DNA of 61,774 nucleotides, filler included, from Sphacelaria rigidula (taxonomy: Eukaryota), in assembly GCA_964200075.2 (NCBI GenBank). It is 9 parts of 9 records of this genome, joined end to end, with 100 filler letters (N's around TTAATTAATTAA, not from the genome) between each part and the next. Parts side by side here need not be neighbours in the genome. Positions count along the whole stretch, not along the records: positions 6,877 to 13,651 come from CAXNAA020018139.1; positions 13,752 to 20,526 come from CAXNAA020018140.1; positions 20,627 to 27,401 come from CAXNAA020018141.1; 6 more parts are not named here. The stretch is one strand, 5' to 3'. The notes beneath the pieces were generated by a model. It did no database searches. It saw nothing but the letters and a program-made list of their open reading frames with translations, and was not told where the DNA came from. A program made the position numbers and the translations under genes. Numbering within the stretch: the first letter of the stretch is position 1; every line of letters starts with the position of its first letter. Of the stretch, positions 10,837-23,315 are shown piece by piece.

Positions 10837-13547
10837 CTAGGCAAGGTGCACCCAATCTTTGGGAGACTCTTCCATGGCAGCGGCCAGCCCAAGCTCTAGT
10901 TCGTAGGTTTCCAAATCGTCCTTTGAAGGGGCCACTGCTGGAGGTAGTCGCACGGGTTGAGAGCGGTACCCGATACGTCGGCAGTCCTGCGGGATGAAAA
11001 AAAAAAAAAAAAGGACGGACAAGAATATAAGGTGTAAGAAACGTGTTTTTTTTCCAGCGGGATTTCACAGTCACCCTGCAAACTCTCTGTCACTCTGTAG
11101 ACTTCACGAGGTTAATTCGCAGCGAAAAGTGAAAAATTGTTTTTGGTCGTTATTCGCTGCCTGAACGATGTTATCCACGTCGTGGACTGTCGATGAGGTG
11201 ACACGCATACGAGCACTGCCGCGAGGGGGTCAGGCTGACCAGGGTTCGTTCGACACCATGACTCTCTGAAGCAAAATAGAGGCAAGAAATGCCACCCGCA
11301 TTGAGGTCAAGTCTCGATCTTGCACATTTGCAAATCGCGAGCAGTCCGCCCCAAACAGGCCCGAACCTGTGTGTAATTCCTACCAGAGCATGACGGCATA
11401 GTGCGTGGCAACGTTCTGCTAGGCAATTCGGCAAGAGCTGCCTCGCGGCACGGTGAAACGCACACCAAAGTGCATGAAGCGGCACTATTTATTCATGTGC
11501 TTTCATGTTCGAGCAAGGATCGAGGAAAACACGTCAACATGCTCTGTACGCCGTTAGATACAACGAGGTGGTTTTCGCCAATCTGAATCTCAATCGCACT
11601 CTCCGACGCAAAGTGCGATTGAACGCCCACGGTCTTTCGTACCTGATCGTGGCAGTGCTGGCGCACCTCGCCCCGAGACAGGTCCGTCACCAGGAATATA
11701 TGATTCGACTTGTGCGCCCGACCGATGTTGCAACACCAACGGTTGTTCGCCACCTTTCAATCGGGGTAAAGAAAGGGGGCAAGATAAGTTAGCCTGGTCC
11801 GGTGAAACCCCGCACTGTGGTCTCAAGGGATCGACCCATCATTCCCTCGGTACACGCCTTACATCTTCGTGTCGCGGATTGGATCATGATCATGAACACT
11901 CCCGCACCGCGTCGACTGTCGCCAATAACACTCAGTGAATCAAACAGAGTACTTTTGCTCCTCACGTTCTCGCTCTCTCAGCGACATGAATCAAATCGCA
12001 GTAAGAAAAACCCGAACTAAACGCATCTGGTGGTATGAATCGAACCCACGCGTTCTTTCCGACCTAATGGTGACAGTCGTATCAATGGACCACCAGGGCG
12101 AGGCGGTGTTACGATAATCCAGTATGGCACAGTGTAATTTCATGTACACTGTAGCATGGTACAGTATACAGAATAGAACAGTGTAGTAATGGTACATTCC
12201 AATGTGCAAATGTACTACGACACTACATATGGCCATGAAGGACGGCCTGTATGTGACTGCTGTAGTCACACGAGCCTCTGTTTTACATGTATATATATAT
12301 ATATATATATTCATCTGTGCGTTGACGTAAATCACGCAAGACGATGCACGGAAGCAGATCCCTCGGACGCTCGTGCCCTTCAGCGTGTCGCACGTAGTCA
12401 GGAGACCAAGACCGGCACATGTACCTGGTGTGTGAGTAAGCGAGTAACCGTCCTTATTCTTCTGGCGCTGATTACGCGTCCATCTTGCTTGTTCTCGACT
12501 TCGGCGTACGATTCGCTTGCCGCGTAGCTCCACTGGCGGAGATCGCCCTGAACACCTCCGCGGCAGACAAGCGTCCTGACGAGCACAACGCCGGTAGTGG
12601 CACCGACCCACCCAACGGTACCCAGGAAGTTTGTCAGTAGCGCGAGCGAAAGCGGGTGCAGCAGTGTTTCAAGTTTACCCACACACACGTTAAGCACGTC
12701 AAAAGGCTACGATAATGCTGCCTGTTTCTACCCAACGACAGCGACAACCATTCCCGCCATTACATTTTCGTGACCGGTGAAAATGTCCAACACTGATTTT
12801 CAACGTATGTGCTGCTGTCTGAAGCACCTCCACACTGCGGAGTACATGGACGAATGAAAGGGTCGGGGAAACCGCAGCATCAATATACCTGAGGAAATCG
12901 TCCACGGCAGAAAATGGCGACGCCGCAAACCCGCTGCTTGTAACACGCCACCCTTCATCACCATTCCCACGTTGGCAAGCCTCTACCCTCCCTGAGCCAC
13001 GACCCAATGCGCCTGCTCCAGGCTGATGCCGGCGCGCGTTTCCAGAGGTGAGAGAGGCTCTCGATGACGTACCGCTCGTCTGGCCAAAGCGCGAGTAACG
13101 GTGCGGACCACTCTGTCCACCGACGGTCAGAAAGGTCTCGCCTTCGGGGCGGTCAGCAGAGGCGGGAACGACCAAGGAGTCGCGCTGCGGTAACAGTCGG
13201 AGTGGGGAGTGAGGGTATACAGTACGAGACAGAGCGCCGGGTGCGGATTAAGAAACACAGCACGCGAGCTGTGAGAGTCTATGCAGCAGTGTAGCCCTGT
13301 TTCGGGGACAATACGTCTTGCTCTTCCGCATGTGTGTCAATAATACTCTTTGACGCTTTTTTGTGCTGCATGCGGGGGCTGGCCCTCCTTACTCCTTACC
13401 AGAGCGGTTCGCGCAACCTCGCGGGCGTCTCGCTTCCCGCACCCTGTCCACTTCATCGACTCGAGGCTCCGTTCGTTAGAGTCAGCGATGGTCAGCGTCG
13501 CCGTCTTTCCGTATTTGCTAGAACCCAGCAGTCGGAAGCAGCGGTTC
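10837..13547 (-). CDS. PRIMPOL: DNA primase-polymerase PrimPol, 3' half; exons 13547-13400, 13184-12889, 12575-12425, 11753-11643, 10986-10837
   Basis: Spliced peptide RNRCFRLLGSSKYGK...SPFSAVDDFLRTLVCRGGVQGDLRQWSY...NRWCCNIGRAHKSNHIFLVTDL...QHCHDQDC matches the end of the PrimPol AEP domain and the UL52-like zinc finger; all junctions are GT-AG and in phase. Confidence 0.92.
11810..12103 (-). mobile_element. tRNA-derived SINE in a PrimPol intron
   Basis: Minus-strand head GCCTCGCCCTGGTGGTCCATTG...GGTTCGATTC (A/B-box-like); core GGATTGGATCATGA..CACTCCCGCACCGCGTCGACT shared with 37900-38183 and 35160-35464. Confidence 0.75.
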
Positions 13548-16500
13548 CTACGAGGAGCACGCGGATAGTACGAAATCATTTCACCGTCGTGAGTTGTGTA
13601 GTATATGGCGTGGGGTGGCCCCACGGGAATAACAGCGGGTGGAAGGGGGGGNNNNNNNNNNNNNNNNNNNNNNNNNNNNNNNNNNNNNNNNNNNNTTAAT
13701 TAATTAANNNNNNNNNNNNNNNNNNNNNNNNNNNNNNNNNNNNNNNNNNNNGGCCAGAAGAGCTGGGGAGTCCCTCAACAACATTTAGACGCTGCAGTAC
13801 TAGCAAACCTGCTAGCGTCACAGATCCCGTATTAATACCAAACGTTTCTGGGATTGGCATCAAGCAGACCTTGAAGAACGGAATAGAAATCGACAAGTTA
13901 CCGTTCGTATTAGAAAACAATGCGCATAATGTTAGAAAATGAGACTGGGGCTTACTCTCGTCAACGCTTCGTATGGTATTGTATTTGTATGGGAGCATTG
14001 TGTCAATCGCCGGTACTGCTCACGACAGTTTGGTCTGATATGGAGCGTAGCAGTAGTCGGGTTGCTCCCACTCTCCTCGGCCGACTGTTCATCATGGTGG
14101 GTTGTTCGGACTGTCTTGCCCGCAAGCGGCACCTTGAACACTATCTTCTGTCTATACTCCAAAGCAGCTTGTCTGCTTGCTCGGCTTAAGTGCCACTGCG
14201 CCAACTCTAGCGATCACGTCAAAGGGGTCCTAGCGACACATTTTCTAACAGGTTTATTGAGCCCCGGCGTTGGCGTCCAAGGATCAGAGTTCGGAAGCAA
14301 GGAAGGCAGTAGCAAAAGGAAGGGTCTTTGCTGGGAAACAACGTGAGTTGAGTCAAAGTGAAGACGGCACTACACCTGTGTGCGTCTGCAACAGTGAGTC
14401 ACGAAGTGAGGACGGCACCTCCTCCTGTGGGCACCAGGTAACATACGTGATCTTGAAACAGCGGGACAATCGTCGGATCCTTTTGGGGGAAAATTGTGCG
14501 CGTCTAGTATATACAAGTGCAGAGCCGTGGCGTCACTTGCAACACCGTGTATATCGACACTCTATGTGAAAGAGTCCATTGGTGTCCAGAACAACTACGG
14601 CTACTACATAGAGTATCGATATACAACTACGACTACTACTGCTACTACTGCTGCTGCTGCTACAAGGTTCGAGTCGGCGTGCCGGGCTGGAAGCAACTCC
14701 CCGTTTTCGGTTGCGGCAGTTTTTCCGATCTGCAGGATTCAGCGTATTCACATGATGTCGATAATAGTTGGGGGGTACAACCTGGAGTGGTGGCAGACTG
14801 ACTCCAAGGCGCTGGAAAGAATCAAACATAAACTAATGAACCTCATTTTTTCAGGATCCGCTATTTTAGACATTTTATTGGAAAGAGGGCTATATATCCA
14901 AATTACTGTTATCATACCAAGGAGAAATTACCCTTTTCGGAAATTTCGTGTATGTTCAGCTTCATCGTCGAAATTCATGTAAAATCAGCCCGCCAAGGTA
15001 CTTCCTCTATACAGCACAGAGTTGGCACTAATGGTCACACACCTCAGTCATCAGTATCGACCGACAATGAATACCTGTCAGTAGCAAAGACACTTCCCAT
15101 GAGGAGAGACATTGCAAGCACACAAATGGTACCAAAACAACTCGTTGGAGGTGAGTCGTGTTGGGTACATGTTGGCGTGGGGATAACGTGTTGACCAATG
15201 CGACTGGTTTGACGGTCCAGTCGTATAGTAACACGACGCACCTACTCGACGAGTACGGGAGAGCCGATCGAAGCGAGTGATGACCTGTCTGTGTTGTCAC
15301 GACAAATGTAGGCGAGAGACACACAACCATCGAAGATGAATTCGAGGCGGGTAACCCGACAAGATTCTGAACCACGACAAGCACGTAGAGGGAGAGGGTC
15401 GACGCGATCCGCTCCCTCAATGATTGCCCGTTCAGACGAAAAGCGAGAGGGTGCATACACAAACGGGAGGATAAACTCCAGCCGGGCGCACAATCACGAT
15501 AACTGGAGACGTATCAAATGCTGCACGGAGGGATTGATTTTCCCCTACTGTGCGTGTTGAGAATCCCTCAACCGGCGGCCAAGTGCGACGGGGGGGGAAA
15601 GTGCGACACATTCGACATTGGACCCCAAGACATGTCTTTACTCAAAGTTATAACTCAAGAAATCTATGGAAGCTACGTCACTTCAAACTCGCCAATCGCC
15701 AATACCTGTATATCTATCGTCCAGCTCTTATAAACCCACGTCATTAAACAAGATAGCGACTAGCGACGTACGCGTTTTCCAAGTGACACAGTCGATCATC
15801 TAGACGGCCATTTATTAGACCAATATATACACTGCTCGTACCTGCTGGGTATACCAGAAACAACTCAGCAACTGCAACCCTTATCACATAGCAACTGTGT
15901 TGGTGCAAGGACTCAGGGAGGGATAGCGGAAGCGCGTGGGAAAACTGTAGCACCTGCTCAAAGTCTGTGTTGAGTATTGTGGGAATGATGTAGGAAGCGT
16001 GTGCTCCGAAAAGAGCGGAAAGAACACCCCGACTTCCATGGGAGACAATTGGCGATGGGAAAAAATCCCGTAGTCGTGTCTAAGGTGGAATAAACGGTGT
16101 CACAGCGCGGGCAGATAAACGACAAAAACTTCCACAGCCTTTGGTACCATGCATGACACATCATATCTGCGTGGCAGAAGAAAGAAAATTACTAGGCACG
16201 CCATATGATAAAATGTCAGTTCTATCTTACCCCGCCCCGGTGAAAACAGTCACCGCAGGTATTTTCCCCAGCGCCTAAAATTCTAGGAGGTTTTGACCTT
16301 TTGGCGATTTTTGGGACGATAATTTTTTCCAGCTAAACGGATTTTGATCCATCTCGCCTTGGTTTTGCTTCAGTTTCGTATCGCGCTAGTCTGTCGATCC
16401 GTGAGGATGACAAAGGGCTGGGGTGGGATCGTGGACCGGTGCGAGGAGCTTGCCCAGTCTGGACGCAGCCTTGTGTCTTGCTCCAATATCTAGGAACAGC

Positions 16501-16561
16501 CATTTGTTTCGTTCGGGTTTCGAGCAGTGGGGTGTGTCAAGCCAATAAGCCCACTTGGCTT

Positions 16562-19500
16562 TGTGACAAACATACGCCGGGCGTTGAGTTGATAGTGTGA
16601 TGGTATGGATAATGACCGTTAGTAGTGGCGATCTGGATAATAACCGGGGGCACTAGGTTGATACCCTGGCGTGTCTAGATGGGTGCCGTGGAAGGTCACT
16701 CCTGAATAATGAGAATGTTATAAAGGCTGACAACTGAAACTGAGGCCAGTAACACTGGGGAGTACCTCAATAGCAGTGATCCAGCAGTGCTTCCACTGGC
16801 TGGCGTCACAATATCGGTATTAGTGCTAGTGCTAGTGCTAGAAATCTGCTGAAAGGAATTCGGCGAAAGGAGGTTGGTAGCTGTGGAAACTTGATAACCC
16901 ACGGACGCGTGGAGAGGGTTCCAGCTGAGGCGGCTGCAGAAAGGCGGCTGGCCTGTGATTGATCCAGACTGAAGACTTGCTGAAGCTGCGCGCAGCGGGA
17001 GTTTAGAGGCTCCTACGACTGTGTGGTGCGGCGACGAAGCAAGGGAAGTGCAATTCTCGAAGGTCCGCTGGCCTGCAGAGGTTCGCAGGTAGCCGGTTAC
17101 AGCTACAGCTATGGCTACCGGCACCCGAGGTACGTCCACCGTGACACCCGTTGTCATGCGGGAAGAACTGCGCGACCTCCCCAATACGGGGACAGGTACT
17201 CAAAGAGTGCATCTCGCACTTTTTACACGAGGTATTTGGAATACAAGAAGCGTGTGGAGCACGCTAATGCAGGGGGTGCCGTTCGGCATCAGGTGGTGAC
17301 TATGGCACAACAAGTACCAACTCATGTACAGAGAGTGTTCGCTCGTTTGGAACATAATGAGAGCACTCTCACCTCGCCGCAATTGGTTGCGGCGATCAAA
17401 ACGCATGCTGGGCATGCGGCAGGCGCCGAGGTAGATCTGACCCAAGCGTTCGTGGCCGTGGCGAAAGCCGTGGCAATGAACTCGCGGGGGAAAACGATGT
17501 TGGAGCGTGTGGACCCCATCCTGGCCAATTTGGAGAAGTACTTCACGGAAAATCCGAACGTATAATTAGTATATCGTTCCCCCGATGGTGAGTTCATTTC
17601 TGGCGCGGTAGCAGTAATCACTAAGGCTTTGGTGGAGGGGTTGGCACCGGAAACTTTAAAGCAAGCCGTGCTTGTCAAGCTGCAGCACCAAACAGATTGG
17701 AAGGATGACCCGTACCTGGTGATGAGTGTAATGCGTGAGAGGACCGCGTGCTTAGCGGATCGCACCGGAATTTTAATATCCCTATGGTTAGGGTTAGGGT
17801 TAGGATTAGGGTTGGGGTTATGGTCAGGGGCGTGGTACCTGCAGGGACTGGCCCGATTGGTTTTGAAAAACATCGATCCTGCGGTGTTTTAAACTACGGC
17901 GCGGTCCTCTAAGCACGCGGTTCTCTCACGCATTACAATGAGCACCGTCGTGCCCGAGGCCAAGGAGTGGCGGAAAATAGAAGTGTTCGGCCAGTCGTCC
18001 ACCTCTTCGCCGAAATCTTTGCGCAATCAGGGCTCGAAATCGGCTGGTCGCGCCGCGTGTATTACTTGCCACCGCTGTGGCCAGGTCGGCCATTACGCGC
18101 GCGATTGCCTAACGTCTTCCGGTGGAGAGTCTGTGCAGTCTAATGCGGCGCGCTATCAGCATCGTCAGCACAAGGGCAAAAGACGAGGTAATCGTGGTGG
18201 CGGCGGTGGATCCTCCGGCGATGGAGGGTCACAGGCGAGCACTCAGCCGCAGCCGCAGCAGCAGCAGAATCAGCAGCAGCAGGGGCAGCGGCGTCAGCAT
18301 GGGCCTGGCTCTGGGTCCGGCGCCGCCGTCGGTGCTGCTTCTCCACAGCGGGCGGTGCGTGGGCCCGACTTCTACACATTCGAACACGGCACCGGTTCCG
18401 GTGGTGGCGCCGGCGGCGACACCGGCAGCAGCGCCAGGCGCGACCCCTGCTGACGCGCTGGTCGGAGGGTCGCCAAATTCTTGGTTTGCTGGCTGGGGGG
18501 CGTACCCGCCGGCGGTGCCGTTTGAACCTGCCGGGGCGTCTTCACCTGCGCAGCTTGCGCAGCTTGCGCAGCTTGCGCAGTCGTGGCGTCAAGTAGGGTT
18601 AGCGGCGAATAGGTCAGCGTAAGAAGTTCCCGTGAAGCTTGCCGACAGATACATTCCGGCGGAATTATGTCTTCCGAATCAAGGGCAGCGGGGAGCCATT
18701 GTGGTTCCATCTGTGTTGGACGCTGGTGCCCAGTTCACTAGTCTGCCGGTGCAGATAGTTGAGATGCTGGAGCGACAACTCCCGGGTATGCCGCTGCACA
18801 TCCCGTTTCCGCTCGGGGCGCAGCAGGCAGTCACCGCGTCAGGTCAGAATGTTTCAGTCACGGAGCGTATTGTTCCGTTGCAGCTAGCCTTCAAGACTGG
18901 TTGGGGGCTGGCGCCGTTGCCTCCAATCTCGTTTGCGATTATGCCAGGGTCGGATGGCGTTGTTCTTCTGGGGCTGCCGACGCTACAGGATCTAGGAGTC
19001 GACCCGTATGAGCTATTGAAGGACTCCATCAAGACGCGGATGTCTCCGACTGGTCCGCACGTGAAGACGCCCGCCTTTTGGGGCAGCCGTCGCGTGAGCT
19101 TGTCGGTGGATGCTTCTCAGGAGGCTAGGGGGCAGGTTACCGAGGAGCGGGATTCGGCGGTGGAACGCTTAGTAGGACGCCGCCCGGATATGTTCATGGA
19201 CCGGGCGGGAGAGGAGTCCACTCGGAAGGTCGCGCTGGAGGAGAGCGTGATGGATGCTGGGATGAAAGGCCTCAGCGTCCCCAAAGCGGAATGCCTGCGC
19301 GGCATCTTGCATCGCCGCGTCAACGCGTTTCGTCGTGCGCTGCGGGGTGATCCCCCTACGCGCGTGGAGCCCATGCGTGTTCAGTTGAAACCTGGGGCAT
19401 CCGCGGTGAAGGCGAAGCCGCGGCGGTACGATCCGGTGAAGTCGAGCTGGTTGACGTCGTGCATGGCGGCTCTTTTGGCGCTCGGGTTGGTGATCCGGAA

Positions 19501-20440
19501 CCTGCAGGCGGTATGGTCCAGTCCGGCGATGGCGGTTCCCAAGAAAGACTCCTTTCGCCTGGTGAGCGACTACAAGGCCGTAAATGATCAGATTGAGAAG
19601 TCGCCAGGTGTGATGCCCGACCAAGAGTCGGACATGCGTGATCTCTTGAGTGCACGTTTTTTTTGGCAAGTTGGACCTCCTCCAAGGTTATTGGCAGATG
19701 TCGTTGGCAAAGGAGGCGCAGGAGATTTTCACAATCACGACCCCGTTAGGCTTATTTACCCCGAAGCGAGTATCGCAAGGCGTGTTGAACGCCACGGCAT
19801 ATTTTCAAGGTATCATAACAGAACTGCTTGTCGGCTTGAAATGCAAGATATGGGTGGATTATGTGTTTTTTTCTCGTGGATACGGAAGACGAACTTTTAG
19901 ACACGCTTGATGCTATCTTGGTCCGTTTAGAGAATGTTGGTTTGTTTGCAGCGGCGCACAAATGTACTTTCTTCGCTAGTGAAGTCGTATGGTGTGGGAG
20001 CGTGTACTCACACGCACGCGTATCTCATGATACTGTCCGATTGCACGCCTTGTCTGACATGCGGCGCCCGGAGACGGCCGCAGAACTCCTGCAATTCCTG
20101 TAGGCCGTGATTTGGCTGCGTACCTCGTTGCCGCGTATAGCGAAAACCGTAGCTCTCTTGCGTTTTTTCCTCGAAGAACTCATGGCGGGTGCTGCGAGGC
20201 GGACGAAGCGTGTTGCAAACAACCGCGCTATTCTGCCTGCATCGTACAGGGGGTAATTTGTAGGCGTGGGCGACAGCGAAGGATCTGGTGGCTCACGCCG
20301 TGACGCTGTTCCATCCTGAAGCGGAAATGCAACGACACCTGCCAGTTGAGTACATGACGCATGAACCGCTGGCTTTCCTCAGTGGTAACTTTAACGGTTC
20401 GCAGTTGCGTTCGGCCACAATTGATAAGGAAGGGTTTTTC
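16562..20440 (+). mobile_element. Ty3/Gypsy LTR retrotransposon, disrupted and truncated by the contig end: putative 5' LTR 16562-16810, gag ~17111-18453, pol 18632-20440
   Basis: TGTGAC...GTCACA LTR-like ends followed by CGGTATTAGTGC (degenerate Met PBS); zinc knuckle CHRCGQVGHYARDC; protease VLDAGA; RT 'WSSPAMAVPKKDSFRLVSDYK', 'KLDLLQGYWQ', 'QGVLNATAYFQ', 'IWVDY'; stops and frameshifts. Confidence 0.92.
17727..17937. mobile_element. MITE with TG...CA ends, 5-bp TSD and internal (TTAGGG)n, inserted in gag
   Basis: ~40-bp TIRs TGTAATGCGTGAGAGGACCGCGTGCTTAG / CTAAGCACGCGGTTCTCTCACGCATTACA; ATGAG at 17722-17726 and 17938-17942; excision restores gag in frame (PYLVMSTVVPEAKEW). Confidence 0.93.
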
Positions 20441-20779
20441 CAGGGTACTTCTCGGGAAATTTCCCGACGAAAATTCCCACGATATTTGTACGGTTACGAT
20501 AATGACGGGAATTACCGCAAGATTCGNNNNNNNNNNNNNNNNNNNNNNNNNNNNNNNNNNNNNNNNNNNNTTAATTAATTAANNNNNNNNNNNNNNNNNN
20601 NNNNNNNNNNNNNNNNNNNNNNNNNNTGCTTGCCTTAGTCATTTGACCATTGACCACGCATCCCTTTCGAGACGGAGGATGGGGGGGGGGGGGATTGGAG
20701 CCCTGACTCGTGTCTCTGATCTCGTACCTACCTCCTTTCTCTGTCATGGGGGTGGCTGGATGAATGATAGGTGAACAGT

Positions 20780-22640
20780 GCGAATCCTGGCGCTAACGAT
20801 CGACCGACACAGTGCTCGCGATACGCCGACTCCAAGGGTAGGGACTGGTAAGCGTTACTCCACTAAGATGTGCTACATCAACCTGCAGAACGTGTACGAC
20901 TCTGTAGACGGCGGTGCTCCTGTGGGAAGTACTCGTCCGCTCCGGAGTTCCGCGGTGGATGACCAAGGCCATCCGTTCGTTCCATGATGGCGTGCGGGCT
21001 CGGATGCCCTTGGATGGCAACGTATCAGAGTGGTTTTACGTCCGTCAGGAACTCAGGGGGAAATGGTCTTCGTTTCCATCGCTGTTCATTATTTCAGGCA
21101 CAGCACTGGTGGTCGATGTGGTCATACAACATTTCGCGGCAGACCGCACCGTCGTCTCAGATGTAGTACATCTAGATGGTGCACCGAAAAGTGAGGATGG
21201 CAATCCCATACGGGAGACCCCGCTGGCGAGGGTGCGACGCGCGATATGGGGAGTGCCGTACACGGACGACGCTGGCATGGCCCCGAGGTCCCCGGATGGA
21301 ATGGCTACATGGGACAACGGATGCGATAGTGGTGGTCTACCTGTGGTTCGGACTAACATTATCGGAGAAAAGGGCAGATTTCACTCGCCTGTAGTCCATA
21401 CCCAGCTCCCCAGAGACCGCACTGTGTATCAAGGCTGCAGGCCAACGATGGACGGATACAACTGAGTTTGTCTACCATTGTGGTTTTGTCCGCGCCGACG
21501 CGAATGTTCATGTCGGAATCAAGCGCCGCACCTGCGCTGCACGGGCAGGCTTCCGAATGAATAGGCGACATATCTACGACCGACCCGACGTCCAGCTTGC
21601 TCTTAAACTCTGGCGGCTAAAAGCGGACGTAGTGGAACCTATGCTATACGGATGTACTACATGGGCACTGCATTCAAAGGATCCCGAAAGCCCGCGTACC
21701 ACCTGCCACAAGCTTTCACTAAGAGCAGCTAGCTTGCGCGGGAAGGGTCGAAGTAGACACATGACTCCCTCATCGAGATCTGCTCCAGACAATCCAATGC
21801 GACCGTACTGAGACGATCGATGACAAAAGTCAACTTTGGCCATCGGGGGCCCGTGTCGGACAGGACGAACACGTCTCCGGAAACGCATCACATTCAGACG
21901 GTTGGCCGCGCAGGGGCCCAAGGAGGTTGATCGGCCTCTCAAAAACCGGGGAGGGACGCGCCTCCGGGAGAGCCAACATACCTTAGGAACAATCCAGCGT
22001 GACAGAGGACGAAGGAACTTATTCGTCTACGGTGTGGAGGTCAATATTTCGCAAGATTGGGTCACTGTCGGGAAGAATATGGGCCTATGGCGCCTGGGGG
22101 GTCGAGAAAGGGGCGGAGTCTCGCGGAGCGTGAGGACGGGCAGACCAACGCCAATAAGATCGAAGCCACAAGATGAAACTTGCTGCACTGAGAGCCGCTG
22201 ACAGAGGATCCGCCGGCCGCTGGCATTGTAACAGCAGCAAGACCCCGCGACAAATTCCACCTAGGAATAGTCGGAAGGGTGGCCCGCTTTGCCCGCGTCT
22301 GGGATAAACAGAGAATTCGGGGGTGATAACGCGAACCGATAGCACCTCTGTCTGGTCCAATCGGTTGTTGGCTTATTTCCTTGACCTGCAACCTCAGCGA
22401 TGTATCGTACGCGTGTTCCTGCATGTGTTTGCGTTCATTTCTGCTTCGGCTTTGGCTCTGGGTTGCGTCTCCTGCTTTTTCCTCTCGTTGATGTACTTTC
22501 TGTTTTTTCTGCTTCTCTTACCCCTTGCTCTTCTGCTCCTGCCGTTTTTTCTTTCGCACGCACTACCCGCCTTTTCTTTCCCCCTTTGATAACAGCGTTT
22601 GTCTCGCCTTTGCGGGGTTCGTGCGTGAAAATCCCTGCCC
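20780..22640 (+). mobile_element. Degenerate RTE-clade LINE, RT and 3' region
   Basis: 'CYINLQNVYDSVD', 'LLWEVLVRSGVP..TKAIRSFHDGVRARM', 'YTDD', 'VVEPMLYGCTTW'; pyrimidine-rich 3' UTR-like tail. Confidence 0.82.
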
Positions 22641-22922
22641 AAATAGAGTGGTCCTTCGGTATCTCAGTCGTGTGGTCCTCACGCATCTCGAGTCATACGT
22701 GAAACGATGGAAGCTCACCATGCTGAAGTTCGAAGGTGGACATACTTGTAGTGGGATAGTGACGACTCCTTCCCACCTCCCGCCCCCCACCACAGCCAAT
22801 CACACGACACGAGGTGATGGAGGACCAAGGGCAACTCTAGAAAACAGGGAGTACGAATAAATAGTACAGGATAACTCTCATAGTAGCACACTGCACACCA
22901 TGTATATCATGGCGTATACACT

Positions 22923-23315
22923 GCCGGTCGCCCCGGCGGCTCAGTTTGTAACCTCGGAACCTTCCGACGGTTAGGTCGTGGGTTCGAATCTCGGTGACAT
23001 CGTCACAAGATCTGGGACGTTCATCACACCATGCTCAACAATGGAGAGCGACCATGTCGTGGGTACACAACAAATCGACTTCACGGTCGACGGGTGGAAG
23101 GGACACCGGAACCCGTCTCGCGTAAAAAGTAAGGGAAGCACCGCAGGAGCAAGGTGGAGTACTGCAACAAAAGGGGAATAAAAAACTCCTGTGTTGGCCG
23201 TCCTCTTGTGTGACCCCGGCTGATGCGCCCACATTCAACGAAAGGTGTAGACTGGCGTTCAGAATAGATGGGATGACGACACATACCATGGGAATGTAGG
23301 GCCACACTAATTAAA
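22923..23315 (+). mobile_element. tRNA-derived SINE
   Basis: A box-like GGCGGCTCAGTTTG and B box GGTTCGAATC at 22981; central GTCGACG...TAAGG region resembles the other SINE cores. Confidence 0.65.

Noticed and set aside
17786..17820. True telomere or chromosome end
   Set aside because: The tract is short, degenerate and lies inside a MITE; the tracts at 627-642 and 36037-36063 are likewise short and interstitial.
22923..23000. Functional tRNA gene (also B-box-like motifs near 6412, 12040, 14666, 35395)
   Set aside because: No clean cloverleaf is evident; most are heads of SINEs.
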